Shown here: piece by piece, positions 11,948 through 26,900 of the stretch | Layout: each line of letters starts with the position of its first letter | Position numbering within the stretch: position 1 is the stretch's first letter | Translations under genes and position numbers: made by a program | Assembly: GCA_036172245.1 (NCBI GenBank) | Contig: JAYWIR010000001.1 | Coordinates: forward strand, 9,486,001 to 9,550,000 | Origin: Raillietiella orientalis | Taxonomy: Eukaryota | Reading direction: 5' to 3' | DNA length: 64,000 bases | Notes under the pieces: generated by a model | Seen by the model: only the letters and a program-made list of their open reading frames with translations | Told to the model about the DNA's origin: nothing | Databases searched by the model: none

Positions 11948-14900
11948 TCAAACAGGCGGGGAAGTGGGCGCCGGAGCGAGCGGCGCTAGGAGGTCCAATG
12001 GAAGGTGAGAGGACCCGAGGGCGCTCGGGAGACGTGACCCCGTCTCCCCAGCACTACCCCAACCTGCCGTAGTGCCCCGCCCGGTCTCCCTCGAGATGCG
12101 TCCGTCCCGCAAGACGTGTTCCCTCAGGAGCAATTTCACCTTGGCGAGCAGCCTGCTCTTCCTGGCCAGCTCGGCCTCCAGAACGCGGATGCGCTCCTCT
12201 ACCTCCTCCTCTTCTCCTGTGCCTCCCTCCTTCCTCCTCGGAACACCCCTGCTGCCTGCTCGCATCTCGCGCTCGGCGAATCGTGCCAGCAGCTCCTCTT
12301 CTTGACGTAGCAACTGCTCCTTCAGAGTCTGGCAGTACGCCTCCTTGGCCAGCAGCTTCAGTCTCATGCCCTCCTTCTCGGCCTCGGAGAGCTCCACTTC
12401 CTTCCAGGGAGAAAGCATAAAGAGGTAGAGAAGAAGACAAAAACGAAATAAATGGGGTGAGGGGAGCCTGGAGATGGGAGAATTGGGTGGAGGGCGACTG
12501 CTTGCCTTTCTAAGAGTATCGGCCTCGGATCTTCGTAGAGCCTCCTTCGAGGCCAGCCCGGCTTTGTCGTCCTCCAGCTGGCAGATCACCTCTTTCAGGC
12601 CGCGGATCGTTCGCTTGAACTCAGCGATAGTCGCCTTATCCATGGAAACCTGCAGGAAGCGGTCGGATGGAGAAGGTGCGCGGGGGAGCGGGAGATGGAG
12701 ACATACCGCCTGAACGGACCGCGCCGCCGCGCGAAGCTGGACAGGGTTGCAGGTTTCCAGTCTGCTGCTGGCTCCGCGCACACTCTCCTCCCTGGGAGGC
12801 TGCTGATGCTGTTGCGAGGAGAGTACCTCCTCCAGCTGAAGGACAATTCCTCCCTTTCAGGTATCAGCAGTGCCCCTTTCTCAACCCGAGGGACGTGCTT
12901 CAGCTCACCACTGGGGTTTTCGATCCATCCCTGAGGGTCCCCTCTGACTCTTGCTGCTGCCGTAGCTGTTGCTCCTTGCCGTGCGGTTCCCGAGAAGTAG
13001 GAATCTCCTTCTGGAGCGCGCGGAGTTCTTCCCCGATCCTTAGAAGCTCCCTGTCCTTCTCGGCGTTCGCTGGGGAGAGCGCGGGGAAAAAGGAGGAGAG
13101 GGAGGGGTGAAGGGAGGATTCTGCTTTCAAGGGACCAAGAGCTTGTAGTCACGAACCTTTCAGCTGCACCTCCAGCTGCCTGTGGAAATGAGTCTTCTCT
13201 TTCTCGCTGCGGTCCAGCGTGCTCTGCAGGAGGCTGCTCAGCTTCTCTAGCCTCTCGATCTCGGCAGTCTTGCCCTTGCAGCTCAGCTTCCAGCGGTCAG
13301 CGACCTTCTGCCAACGCTTGCTCTCCTCCCAGGCGGCTGCAGCAGAGCCCTGTGAGAGTGAGCAAAGAAGCACGCAGTGGAATTTTCCTTCTCCCAGCCC
13401 TCCGACCCCTACGGACCAGCATCTCACCTTGGGAGCTACCGCCGTTTCATCCAGAGGCTTCTCCGCCTGCTGGAAGCTGGCGAGTCTCTCCTCCAGCTTT
13501 CGGATCTGCTCCTCCAGCTCTTCCGCTCGCTTCTTGAAGGCAGCCGCTTCTTTCTGACTCCTGGAGGCCATGTTCTGCAAGTGCCTCACCTGGAAGGCCG
13601 AGGTGGAGGAATACGCGCAGCCTTCTTCCCCTCTTCCTCTCACCTTGCCCAAGGCTTCGAGTCTGTCCTTGGCAGCCTTGCCAAGAGCTGCTTCCTTCGC
13701 TGCGACCTCATCGGAGAGGCGCCTGACGGTTTCCTGGGATTTAGACTCCCGCTCTCGACTCTCTTGCAGAGTCTTCCGCACTGACGATAGTCTCATCTGA
13801 GTCCTCTCCAGGTCCACACGCAGCATCCGGCGCTCTTGCTCAGCAAACAGAGTGTCATCTTCCTGAGAAAGAAGGGGGAGTGGAGGATAAGGATGAGCAA
13901 AAAAGTATGAAAAGCTGGACCTGGCTCACCCGCCGCTTGCCATATGTCCGGCGTTGTAACTGCCCAGAAGACCTGAGGCTGCTCTCGGAAGAGCTCGGCC
14001 GTGGCTGCCGTGGAGACGGCGGACGCGATGCTTCCGACGTGTCGTCGCTCCCTTTCCGGAGCCACTGACCGGGAGGATCATCATTCTCCGGGGATGAGTT
14101 GCGACGTCGCGGTCGTCTGTCTCTGTCAGTGCGACCGGACTGCTGCTGCCTTGCGCTTTCTCGGACATCCTGCAGGAGCTGAACGCTATGGTGAAACGGG
14201 ACGGGACAGTGTCATGAGGCCTGCGCGTGGGAGTGGATGAAAGGAAGAAGGGAAGCACGAGAGGCACTTCCCTTAGCCTCTCTCCTCCTCCACTTGTTTT
14301 ACTCTCACCTCCGCTTCAGTGCGTCGAGCTCTTTAAAGCTATCGTCCTCCAAACGGCGCCAGTGGCGGCTCTCGGCCTCGCGACCGGCCAGATCCGCCTG
14401 CAAGCGGTGCACTTGCTCCTCAAGATCGGCGATCCTCTCGGCACTGGAGCTGCTACCTTTCCCCACCGGAGGATCTCGGACTCTTCGGAGGAAAAGAGGA
14501 GAAAACAAAAAAATAAACGAAGATAAAAACAAACAGGGTGGGGAGTTGCCCGGACCAGTCCTGTCTCCAACACGGTCTTTCCATACCTCTCTGCCAGGAC
14601 CTGTTGCAAGTGCCGCAAAGCTGCCTGGGACCTTTTCGCCTCCTGGAGATTTCTCTCCGCGGCTAATCTCTGTTCTTCTCTCAGCTCCTGGAGCAGTCTA
14701 CCCATGCGGACGAGGCTGTTCTCTTTGACTTCCAAGCGGGCCTGCAGAGTGTTTATGGTCTTCTTCATGGCCTAGGAAAGGCGCATCTGTCTCCTTTGCC
14801 TGATGCCGAATCCCGCAGGGGCTCACATTCCAGGAACCTGCGCTCCTCGGGCGCTCTTTTTCGGCCGAAGATACCGAATGCTCGTCTTCCTCGTCCAACT

Positions 14901-17900
14901 CGTCGTCATCGTTGTCTTCATCGTCCCTGTGGTGACCTTCCCCGGAGCGCGGAACCGCCTCTCGGAGGGAAGAGAGAGCCAGAGCGTCTCCGGTCAGTGG
15001 CACGCTTTCTGCCGATGCCACACGATTACCAGAGACCAGCTCGGAAAGCCTTCTGCTCCTGTTCCTCCTTCCTTTCTGATAAGGTTTCTCCGATGTTGCT
15101 TCATGGGATGCGGCTCCGGATGTCTGGAAGACAGGAAGCTCAGACAGAGATGGTTAGAGGTGCTCTTCTTCTCGAAGCTGCAGCAATGGAAAGCAAAGGA
15201 AATTCCCCTATTCTCTCCAGAGGTTCGAGGTGGAGGGAGGATACGATGTCGTGGCTACTGGACTTGGATTCCATACTACGCCACGTGGAACTATAGGGTC
15301 CGATGGCAACCACAAAGCGAACAGGAAAGGAGGAGAAAAAAAAGGGTAAACAAGGATGGAACACCGAATCGCGAGGGCGGAGGGCACATTTCACTGACGT
15401 TCACACACTCCTCCTGCCATTGCCTAACGAGATCCTCCATCCTGCACTCAATTCCGACGAAAGCCTCCTGGATCTCGAAAAGATGATGCTCCTGCTTGGA
15501 CAAGCAGGACTGTAGCATCTGCACTTCTTCCGCGAGGCGGCTGTTCAGGAGACTTTGACGAGATTCCTAGTCGAAACGTTTCATGGACCAGACAGGGACA
15601 ACAGAGACTCCTAACCTGCAACCTAGAATTCCTCAGCTCCTCTTTGAGCTGAATGTGGCAATGCAGCTCTCTATCAACAGCGCCGTCCTTAATCTCTTTG
15701 ATCAATGTCTCCCAAATCTCTCTTTTCATTTCGCAGTCTTCTAGCACTAGCATGGCTGCGTCGTTTTTGTCTTTGCTGCGTCTCAGCTCACTAAAAATCT
15801 GCCCGAAAGCACAGTGAGAGAGGACGGTGAAGGATGAAAGAAAGAAAGAAAAAAAAAAAAGGGAGAAGAAGCGAAAAATGAAGGATTGCTAAGGGCAGCT
15901 TTTTCACTCTAATGAGAGGTCACCTGTTGCCTGGCCGACCGAAAGTCTTCCGAGAGCAAGCATGAGAACTGCCTGATTAGGATGCGTAGATCGGAAATGC
16001 TGAAGCTCTGTATAATCCGAAGAAGGAACCTGGAGGAGCAAACGGAAGTGCCTTGGATATGAGGCGAAACTTTTTTTTACTTTTGCTTCCATAAAAATCT
16101 CCTTTTCTCGAGTTCTTCGGAGGTTTGGAGAGCAGAGAAGTGCTTCTCCAGATCCAAGTATCTTCTCTCCGAAAGACATCTTTCCTGTGTTAGATTTTCT
16201 ATCGTACTCAAAAGGATGTGCTCCTTTTTCTGGGAGTCAAGCAGCTCTTCGTTTAAAACAGCTGCTAATGGTCTACAACCAGATGCTGATGTAAGTAGAG
16301 ACTTACCAACTGTGGATTCCGGATCACCACTCTTCTGCAACTCAGCGATCAGGTTCTTTAGCTGCATGGTCTCATTGTAATCAATCACTTTGAACATCTT
16401 AAAGTGAGACAGTTGATTCAAGGCGGCGAACTCAAATTCTTCCAGCAGAGCAACTCTTCGTCGAAGATCTCTCTGTTAAGGAAGATATCATTCAGGCGAG
16501 ACGAGATGGTTTACAACACACTTGCATATTAATACCATAGCAAATAAAGCATGAAACGTATGGATTTTTGCCCCTTTGAATTCAGTCTGAATAATTTTAG
16601 TTCATTACTATCGATTATTAATAATAATTACATAAAGTATACGCCAAAAATAAAAAAGTGGAGGATAACCAAACAACAAGCAAATGAAGAGATCCAGACA
16701 GGAATTTTTTCCGAAGTAACACAATATATGCCGTTTTTAAGAGACAGTTTCGATGATAAACAAATCACTTGCCCCATTACGACTGCCAGTTGAAGAAAAA
16801 GTCTAAAAATCTAAAGCCACACCAGCATTTACTCAAGCTTTCTTTACAGAATTGTGCAGTCATGAACTTTCTGTGATACAAATATAGAGTCTCATTGTGG
16901 TATTTGGAAGAAAACATTATCGTGTTAGTAATATACGAAGCAAAGCATCATCAAACATACTAGCAAATGGTTCATGTGAATCAGAATACTTCTCTCACCT
17001 CTGATTTCTGCAATCTCTCAATCTGTTGACAATACTCTTCTTCCATTGTTTTTGATGAGGAGGAATACACAGTAGTTTGCTCTAATAGTTTTTGCTTTAT
17101 TGCGGATGTTTCTCTACTGATGTCCACATTTCTAATGATCAGAAAATAGTTTCACTATCTACACGATACTAATAGAATGAGGAGAAAAAAAAAACTTTTC
17201 TTCATCTATGTTTAATTGATAGAGGAGAATTTCGCTCACGTGTTTCTCAGTGCATTTAAACTGCTTTGCAATACATTTATCCGTTCTTGAAATTTCTGCT
17301 GAATATCCTCCATTGTAGGCAGATGCAACTTAGTGAATTCATAATTGCACAGCTCTCTTGGTTGATAAATATTAACGATTTCCTAGACATTTCATTAAAG
17401 AAAAACGCATTACTTACTGCTTGTTTTGTGGTTGAACTACCCTCTCATGCTTCATTTGTTCTTGGACAACACTCTGCCTCAAAGAGAGCAAATGCTGTTG
17501 AAGAAGACTTATTTCTTCATGAATGCCAAGAATGGGCATGACCTCCATCTTCAGGGAAAAAAAAAAAAAAAAGAAAGGAAGGAAGAAAAAGAGCTTTCAC
17601 AATTGTGTGATTGCATACAAATCTTTAAGCATCGTCTCCATCATTTTGGTGATTTATAAGAAAAATCGCGACCAATTCCATAATCGTTTTGTCAGAAAAA
17701 CAATTTGTTACAGTTTAGGGCTTCAGAAATTCAATCCATTGCACTACTACATGTATGAGATATGAGTATCACCATTGGAGGCTTAATGGTAATAAAACAA
17801 AGCTATCATATTTTATAAAGACAGTCTTGTAGAGTTGAATTTCATGCACACTAACAAGGTGCAGTGTAATGAAATATTAGGTAATTTCATCACGGAACAT

Positions 17901-20900
17901 ATTTTTTAAATGTCCAAATGGATGGAGACTGCATGAGACCTGTCTTGACATCATGTGCTGTGTAGATCATTGCATTTTCAAACAATTTTTTAACAAGAGT
18001 TATTGAATCTGTGGTTCCCAAAGCTGACAAGGGGAATGTGCAAATATGAAGGCCAATCCATTCACATTATCATTCTCGGTGGTGCGAAAGAGTTGCTCTA
18101 CGCACCTATTTCCTTTGAGATCAGAAATGTGGAACAAGCAGCATACATCTTTCATAGCTCACTCTTTTCCATCTGTCACCAACAGTAACAAGGTAAATTT
18201 CCTATTTTTATAAAACAGGAAAACGCACTCAAACTCCGTTACGTAATTTATGCAACGTTTTCTTCAATAAAGTTCCCCCTATTTAACAAAGATGAACTGC
18301 AGTTTTTTCTTCACGTTCCAAGTTCACTGCGATGTGAATTATGCTTTACAATTCTGGTGTGACTAGTAATGGGAACCAGAGCAATGTTGGAAACTGATTG
18401 AGTTAAAAGGAGCAAAATGCATGCAAGTGAATGATTTTTCATTGCCATTTTATCGTTCTGAACTGTGATGGTCACAATTTAGTTTAGTATCATTTAGAAT
18501 TCATTCCTTGACGTACAACAATTCATTATTGTCAAATAGCAGTGCTAAAACATGCATTTTTTTCTAAAGATATCGAAAAACTTTTCACAATTCAAAATCA
18601 TAAAGAAAAAACTTGAACATTAGTACAAGAACCCTGCTGTTTGCCTGAACCTGTAAGAATGTGAATATGAATTTACAATGACACCATTTAGTATGCAAAA
18701 CAAGCGTACAAGACATTATGCTGACTTTTCTTCTTCTATCTTATTCTTGTTCTATCTTGATAAATTCACCACATATTTTATGCGATGATTCTCAAGTATT
18801 TCTGGGTGATGCTGGCATACCAATGATGTACTTGATGAAATGCTTCAAGAGTGAAGGCAAAATTGTTTTCAGAAAACCACCAATTATAGGTTCTCTTCAA
18901 CTGCCTGATGTATATTGCTGTATTCATCTGCTTTGTTTACCATTCTACCAAGTAACTGTTCAAGTTTTTGACATCATCGAAAAACTTTTGAAATGTATCT
19001 GCATCTGTATGATTTTCATTTCATTTCAATTCATAGGATCTATCTTCTTCATGACTTTAAAATCACAGTACATTTTGGTACTACCAGCTACAAGAATGTA
19101 GCTGGCTATGGATTTCATTCATTCTGATTTAGTTTCAGTACAGATATAATTTTGAAACAGGTGCATTTTCTTACGTTTCAGAAGTTTCCGAAGAAAAACA
19201 AAAAATACAATGCCAACCCAACAAATTTCAAGTGTTACTATTTAAATAAAATGGACTTTCTGATGGCCAGAAATACATGAAGTAACGTAAATCATCATTT
19301 TCTGCATATGTTCCATTATTCAAGGTAACGCAGATAACTTCAAAGAACAAAACTAAATATATATGTGCTTCCAAACACCAGGTATGAAACCCGAACTCCA
19401 GTATCTGTCTGCCAATACGGGGACAAGTTGTACAAGTGTTTGTAGGTATGCTGATGGGATCAAATGAAAAATCTATTGCAATAGAAAAAGCCCAATAACT
19501 TAATAGTAATCTTGCTATAATTAGATCCATTACTTCAGAATATTTGTGCAACTGATGGTAAGCGTAATTTTTAAATATTTCCCTGAATACCGGTCCTTTT
19601 TATTAATAATTTAAAGAGAAGTCATGTGCATTCTTTAATTTCAAATGATCACTCGAGATTAACATTTGAAGTTTCCATCACCATTTGATTAACTGCTACT
19701 AATGTATTACCAATATGCAAGAATTGCAAAACTATCTCATATTTGACTTCATTTGAGAAGCTTTTTGAGAAACATTTAAGAGACAAATGATCTAAAGAGC
19801 TACTTCGGAACAGTGATTATTGACAATTTCTTCACTATTTCATCAGAACTAACAAAATAACGGTCAACCAAACTGATTGGAATAAAAAAAAAAGAACTAC
19901 GAAATCAGCACTATCTGCTAGTAGGAATTCTCAAGCCACACACATGAGGCAATACTTTTTCAAGTGACAATATAATTTACCATAGTTACTGGCCAGTAGA
20001 TCTATAAATAGCAATAAATAGCATTTTTTAATATGACTCACAACTTCGCATATAAAGCACACTGAATTCATGTAAGGGACTCACCATAGTCTGCAAGGCT
20101 TCCAGTTTGTGTGTTCCTTCCTTAGCAATTTCTTGCTTCAGGAATTGTAATTCAAATGTTAGCTTTTCAAATTCCTGCAGAGGTACGGAATTCATGAGAG
20201 AATTCCTCAAATCATCACAATTAGCTTGTAAAGTCAGCTGCAAATTTTAGGGTGCATTAATGGACTCAGTGATTAATGGACTCACTTTTTCATGGGATGA
20301 TATGGATAATAATTTTAGATATTTCATACTGAGATCAGCCAACTTGTTTCGTATGAATTGCAAATCTTGGTCTTTGTTATTCATCAACTGTTTCCAAAAC
20401 TGGAGCAAAGGCACATACGTTAGCAAAAACATATGTGTGTGCATCTGTGCATGTATGCATTAAGAATATACCTTAGATGTTCTGTTAGATTCTATAAGCG
20501 ATTTTTTCAACGATAACAATTGCTGGTGAACTTCATTGAGTTTGTTATTCCAATTATCAGTGTTAGCAGAAGTAAGAGACTGTGACAAAGAATCATATTC
20601 CTTTTGGAGGCATTGCTGTTGTTCTTTCGCAAGCTAAAAGCACAATAAGACATATTGAATTTTCGACCACACCTGAAGCTGTTCATTAGTTTCATGTAAT
20701 TGTTCATCTTTTATCTTTAAGGACTTTTTCATCTTAACATAACTCTTGTGCAAAAATGACATCTGTCCTTGAAACATGGCTAATTGGTTTTTATGGAAAA
20801 AATATCTCTTCACTAATATATCAAGTTTTTGTTCCAAAAGCTTATTGTCCTATCAAAAGAAAGGCATCTTTTCATCTCAAAGTGAATGAGAAACTTACTT

Positions 20901-23900
20901 TATGTAAGGACAGAAGTAGCTGAATTAGTTGACTAATTACATGTTGTGCATCAACTGGAAAATTCTGCAATGTAACAGAGTCCAAACAAGGAGGAAGATC
21001 AACAATATTAATTGTATTGACAGAATCATCTTTATAATGCAATCTTTCCGTACAGCTGGACCTCAGAATTTTGTTTTCTAAACTGAATTTGTCATGAAAA
21101 TTTTTGATGTATGGTTTTAATTCTATGACTCACTGAGCTTGTTGCAATCTTTGCTTCAGTTGCATGTTAGCTTCCTCTAATACATCAATTCGTGATCGAA
21201 GAATAACATCAGCATGATGATAGCCAATGAGTCCCTGCATATCCAGAACTGTAAGGACTTTTTCTAACGATGGGCAGTGTATTGTAATCTCCTCAGCAGC
21301 TATCAATCAAGTTTAACAAAAATCCCTCAAAAGTATACCCACCATTATTTTGCTGAATTGCATGCAATACTTCTTGCAAACCATTCCTGAGGTTTCCATT
21401 CTCTTCACGTAGACTATGTAATTCTCTTGTTAAATCGTTTATGTTAACAGCCAGCTCATTCCGTTCTAGGATTACTTGCTCCAAAGAGTAATTATTAGAT
21501 GTAAGTTGAGAGAATTTCCCTGCATTTTCTGAATTGCCTGACTGGCCCTGCTTTTTTTCCACAATCGCTTTCCATTTATCCACAGAAGTGTGCACTTTTC
21601 TAAAGCCATCACTTTGTAATCCCAAGAGCTGATCCTTTTCCAGATTATGATGTGCGATGTTCCGTAGCTTTGTTGATACTGCTAATTTCTTTCAAGATGT
21701 ATAAAATTACCTGGAGTTTCAAAGAAATTCTTTCATCTTTAAGCTGATCAATTTCTTCTTGCATTGAACAAATTGCGCAGTTTTTTCGGTCTTCAGAACA
21801 TTGACCCAGTTGATGAAATTTCGGCTCTGCTTGTCTGAAACAATAAAGCTCATAACCAGGGTATATAAAACTACAATCTTTCATGATCAAAACACTATTG
21901 GTGCGCGGAAGAAATCAAATAGCAATGCAAGAAAAAAACAATGCTTGCAACATAACAAGCATTTTTCCAACAGAAGGAATTCCTTCTATACTAACATTAT
22001 TTGGTATGATGATGTATAACTAACAATGCCATTAACAGTGAAATAGTTTTCCCTTCCCTGCATACATTTTTGATGCAGCTTGTTCTCAAGATTTCAAGTC
22101 ACAGATCTCATTTTCAAGAAGTAAAATGCATCCAGTAAGGACAGAGGAGCACATACAGCATACAATAAACCAGCAAATAGGAAGTACAACACAGGCATGG
22201 AGTAATGTTCTTGGTACATTCCATACAATAAAGAATGCTTGATAACCTGCGTAAATCAGGAAACTGAATGCTGTTTCCACGAAAATTGACTGCATGTACA
22301 ATGCAAGTAAGATAAGAATAGTGAAAAGATCAACAATCTCTCAACTTTGATCTGCACTCAAATATCAATTAAAAATCGCACTATTACAGTTGAAAGCTGT
22401 AAGAAATCAAAGAATAATATACTCCTAATTTATTGTTGTAGGTGAACATATCATCCTACTGTGAACAAAACATTACGAATATCCACAACAGTTCCATGCA
22501 ACAACTGCAAACGTTTTAGTATATCTACCTGAGTTCTCTGTTTTCTTCTTCTACTTCAGCGAATCTTAATTCCATTTGATTCAGCTCTTGCACCAACATC
22601 TCAATTTTTTTTTCCCGTTTCTGAAGTTCTTTTTTAAGCTGTTTTATTTCTCTCACTGCTTCAGAGAGCCCATATTCCCCTGTTTCATATTCCCGGAGTT
22701 TTATAATGATATCCGTTACCTATAACATGGGAAGTGCATCGAATAATATAAATACAAATATATACACATATGTATGTATGTGTATGTATATATATATGAA
22801 AACACACGCACTACTTTTACTTTTATTTACTACTTTTATTTCACGTAAACATTACAGTCATACTTTCACTTTTTATATCACATTAATGTTCCCATAGCAT
22901 TTGCATACCTCTTCAGCTTTTATAGATGCATCATTTTCAGCGCCTTGGAGCTGCTTTTGCAATATATCAACCAACTCCTTGGTTTGCTTGAGTTCTGCTT
23001 TAGTATTTTGCAATTCAGTACCTACTGAGTTGGGATCTGTGTTACTGAAAAAAAAAATAAAAATAAATAACCAATGGGAAAACGGTATTAGAAACACACA
23101 GATTCAAAGCTTTTAATTGCTCCAGTTGTATCCTGCATACATTCATTTCTTCAACTGCCGAAAGGAGATTTTCTTGCAAAGATGTTATCTGGACATCTTT
23201 CCTCTAGTGCATTTCGCAGTTTCATTTAATAATTTAAAACAACGTACTTGTACTTCTTTGCTCAAAGACAACATCACAGTAGAGGGTGAATCACATAATC
23301 TATCTGAAGATACTTCTGGATTTTGTTCTAATTTGGCAGAAAGTCTTTGTATCTCTTCATCCTTTACCTTCACTACATACTGAAATAAATTAAAAGTGCA
23401 AAATTCATTCTCTAAGTTGAAAGAAGATTTTGTTAGAACCTATTAGGTTCTAGAGAAGTCTTGCTGTCTCACATCTTCATACTTTGAATGCAATTCCAAG
23501 ATATCGGATTGATGCTAGATGCCATCAACATTCCATTTGATTAATTTCCAAATGCTGACAGTAAAGGTTCCCCATGATAAATAGTAAATTAATATACTTG
23601 ATTAAGTAAGCCATTTGCTAGAAAGAATGCGGTCTAAGTTCTCAAAAGGTTTCAATAAAAAACCAGAATGCAATGATAGAAAGATGAAATCAAGAATGAA
23701 GTGAAGGATAGAAAATAAACCAGGGAAAATAAATCAAGGATAGAATTAAATTATAATGATTTTCTTGTTGGTATCTTTGAATTGTAGTTTTTATTTTCTA
23801 TAAATCACTTTAATCCAAAGGCACCAAAAGAAAAGGAAATGAACAAAAGGGAAATCATTTTGTTTAATGCCTATGCTCAATAAATCATCCCCTTATAATA

Positions 23901-26900
23901 ATATGATAACAATTTCATTATATGAAGCAATGAAAATACTATCAGCAACCTATCACTATAGGAAATTTACCGCTAGTCAAGTAGTCAAAATGTAAGCTGC
24001 CCCAAGGCCCACTATCATGTAGCCTCTTGGCCTAATTTAATGACCAATATAATCTAAAGGTAGCTGAATTAACAATAAACTATATTAGTGATTCACAAGC
24101 TTTGTGTCCTCTTAGCCTTCCTTAAAGCTATCAAGCTCATTGTCAAAGAAAAAGACAAACCAAGCCAATTTGTAGAACATTATGGAAAACTAAAGCTATT
24201 TTGAAAGATCACAACCTCAGTTAGAGTCATACTGCATACCTTGGAGAACCGTAAGTTACATTATGCTTATTTCACCCCAGCTTCTCCAGCATGGAACAAT
24301 GAGTTTAATCAGCAATAAGTGCAAAGAATGAGGAATCAGTCTTGATGCAACAACGGTGTGGAGAGCACATAAGCAGATTTTGGATTTGGGTAACGTATCT
24401 TAAGCAATGGCTCTTCTAATTTCATCTTATCTTAACTTTCCTTTATGATAAAGGGACATTTTAGTATTATAATGCATCTGATTTCTACTACAGATCTTTA
24501 GACAAATGTAAATGTGTACATGTGTTTCTGGATGTATATATTTGCAATGCAAAAACTAACATAATTAGCAACATTTAAAAAAATACCAGCCAGTGATTAC
24601 AAAAGTGCTCCCTTACTCAAAAACTGCTTCTTTTGAGCAGAAGCTATAAGCAAAAAATGAAAAAACTGAGCAAACACAAATTAATTTGAAAACTTTTACA
24701 AAAATATTCAAGATACCATAGGATGAAGCAGCGAAATTGGTAAAAGGCAAATTTTCTTGTTGAGCTGATCAGAATAATCTCTGAAAATATTACTGTGGGA
24801 AGTTAATAAGTGAATCCAATATTCATAATTTTCAACTGATCTAGTTCTAAGAATACTTGAGATTTACAGTTATTTTGCTGCCTAATTTTTCAACTATCCT
24901 CACATGTTGATGGAATCCTTTGTTTATCATTTCATTGCACTGATGCTTACCAAAATTTAAAACAGATAAAGATTAGACATACACTCATATATTTAGCTAT
25001 ATATGCATTACAAACATTTTCAAAGTTTCAAAATTGTGGAAATACATTCCTTCTTTTGTAATAGAGTATTTTCACTTTCAATGTTATTGGCTTCATGATT
25101 ATCGAAACTATTTGTAGTACCTGATGTTTATGAAAGATGCGTTCTAGACAAGAGAATCTATCCCATTTTGAATCTGATGTATGTTTTTGTAAATGAGCAA
25201 AGCATTAGTAATGTAATCACTAACACTGAAACTGGGGTTTCCTAAAAATTGCAAGTTCCAACAAGGTAACAGAAAGTTATGAAGACTGAATTTTTTTTCA
25301 AGAAAGACAGTTCTAAACGCCCAAGACACCTGAATTATTGGTTCTGTCCTAAGTAAATATGAAAAACAAATGCATTTGAAGCAAATTGAAAAAAATATCA
25401 AATGCAAAATTATTAAAAAAAAACATAATTCTTCGATCTTCAATGAATAACTTTGTTATTATGACAAATGCAGCTTTGCCTTTTCATGGACTTTTATAAG
25501 CGCATCTATATAATGAAGGGCAATGTAACAAGGATACTTGTAATTTACTTGAAATACAATTATTGCGTTATCAGGAATTCATTGCAGAATACGAAGTCGA
25601 ATATCTGTCATCATCATTCACACTTCCCAAATGTATTAACAAACCTTCCACTCTTCTATTCTTTGTTCTACAGCTACAATCAAGTCATCAAAATGCATTT
25701 GGCTCTTGTAATTCTCCTTAGAGAGATCATCCACCTGAATCTGTAGATGATCACGTTCTTTTCTCAGACTATCAATTAAATCTTAAAAGAAATAACACAA
25801 AGATTCACAATATTCAAACAGTGGCATGCAAACTGATTCACCATCTGATTCCTGAAGAGCCTGTTTGAAATGCATGTATTCTTTAGTTGTGTTTTGCATT
25901 TGTACTGTGGCTTCTTCCAAAGCAGTTTCCAAGTACTTTAACTTTTCTCCAAGCTCCAGTTTGTCTTTTTCTAACACCTACGCAGTACATTCCCAAATGC
26001 TCTCAAATATAAGTTCCTAACTTCAATATCTTGCAGCAGAGTCGTAATGTATTTGTTTTTTTCTCGGAAAATATTCCGGTAAAAATCATCATTGGCATGT
26101 TGATTATCAGCAAACTCGGGTCTCACAGTAGAAGTAAGATGATAGCGGGTAACTTCTTCCTTAAGATCTGATATTTCCTGTTGTTGATTTGCATCCATCT
26201 GTCTGAATTCTTCTAATTTCATAGAAAGCTAATTAAGAAGAAAGCGACCATGTGAATCAATTTAGAATCCCAAGTTATAACAAAGTCCCACAAATGAATG
26301 CCTAAGCTAAAATGAAAAAACCTGTGCATTTTCCACTTCCTTTTTTTTGTATTCTTCTTCCATGGCTTTTAACTGTTGCTTCAAAAATTCAATCTGCTTC
26401 TCCATAGCATCAGTTTCCTCTTTCCAGATGCTTTCCATGGTCCCTAAAACACCCGTGAATCTCTCTTTCAGTATTTAATACTTTAATGCAGAATGTTAAG
26501 TCCATGCCAGCTATGTTGCATTCATTTTCTTTTAATAATAAAGGATTTTACAGCATCTACACCATGTTAACCCACCTACCTAGCTGTGCTTACAAAAGCA
26601 AGCCCTTGATAGAAAGTATTACTTTATTATCAAACATGCATTTATTTTCTTTATTTGAGTTACAAAATCGAGATTAATGTAACCTTTGAGTTGCAGTTTA
26701 CTGGTCTTTTGATACTTATGCTGAATTTCTAAAAGAGATTTACCTGACAACAAATTTGGAAATTTCAAAGTAGCTATTGGGGCTGAACTTGGGAAAAGGT
26801 ATCAAAGTACTTCACGTATGCATTGAGTAGCAAGTAAAGAATATCTGAAATCTTTGAGAGAGAAGAAAAAACAAAATTTTGCTTGGTCTCAAAAGACCCA

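Noticed and set aside
18105-18172. Exon-like segment in a CEP290 intron (gacag|atgg...ag|gtgcgt)
   Set aside because: All three frames contain stops, and the flanking exons join in phase without it.
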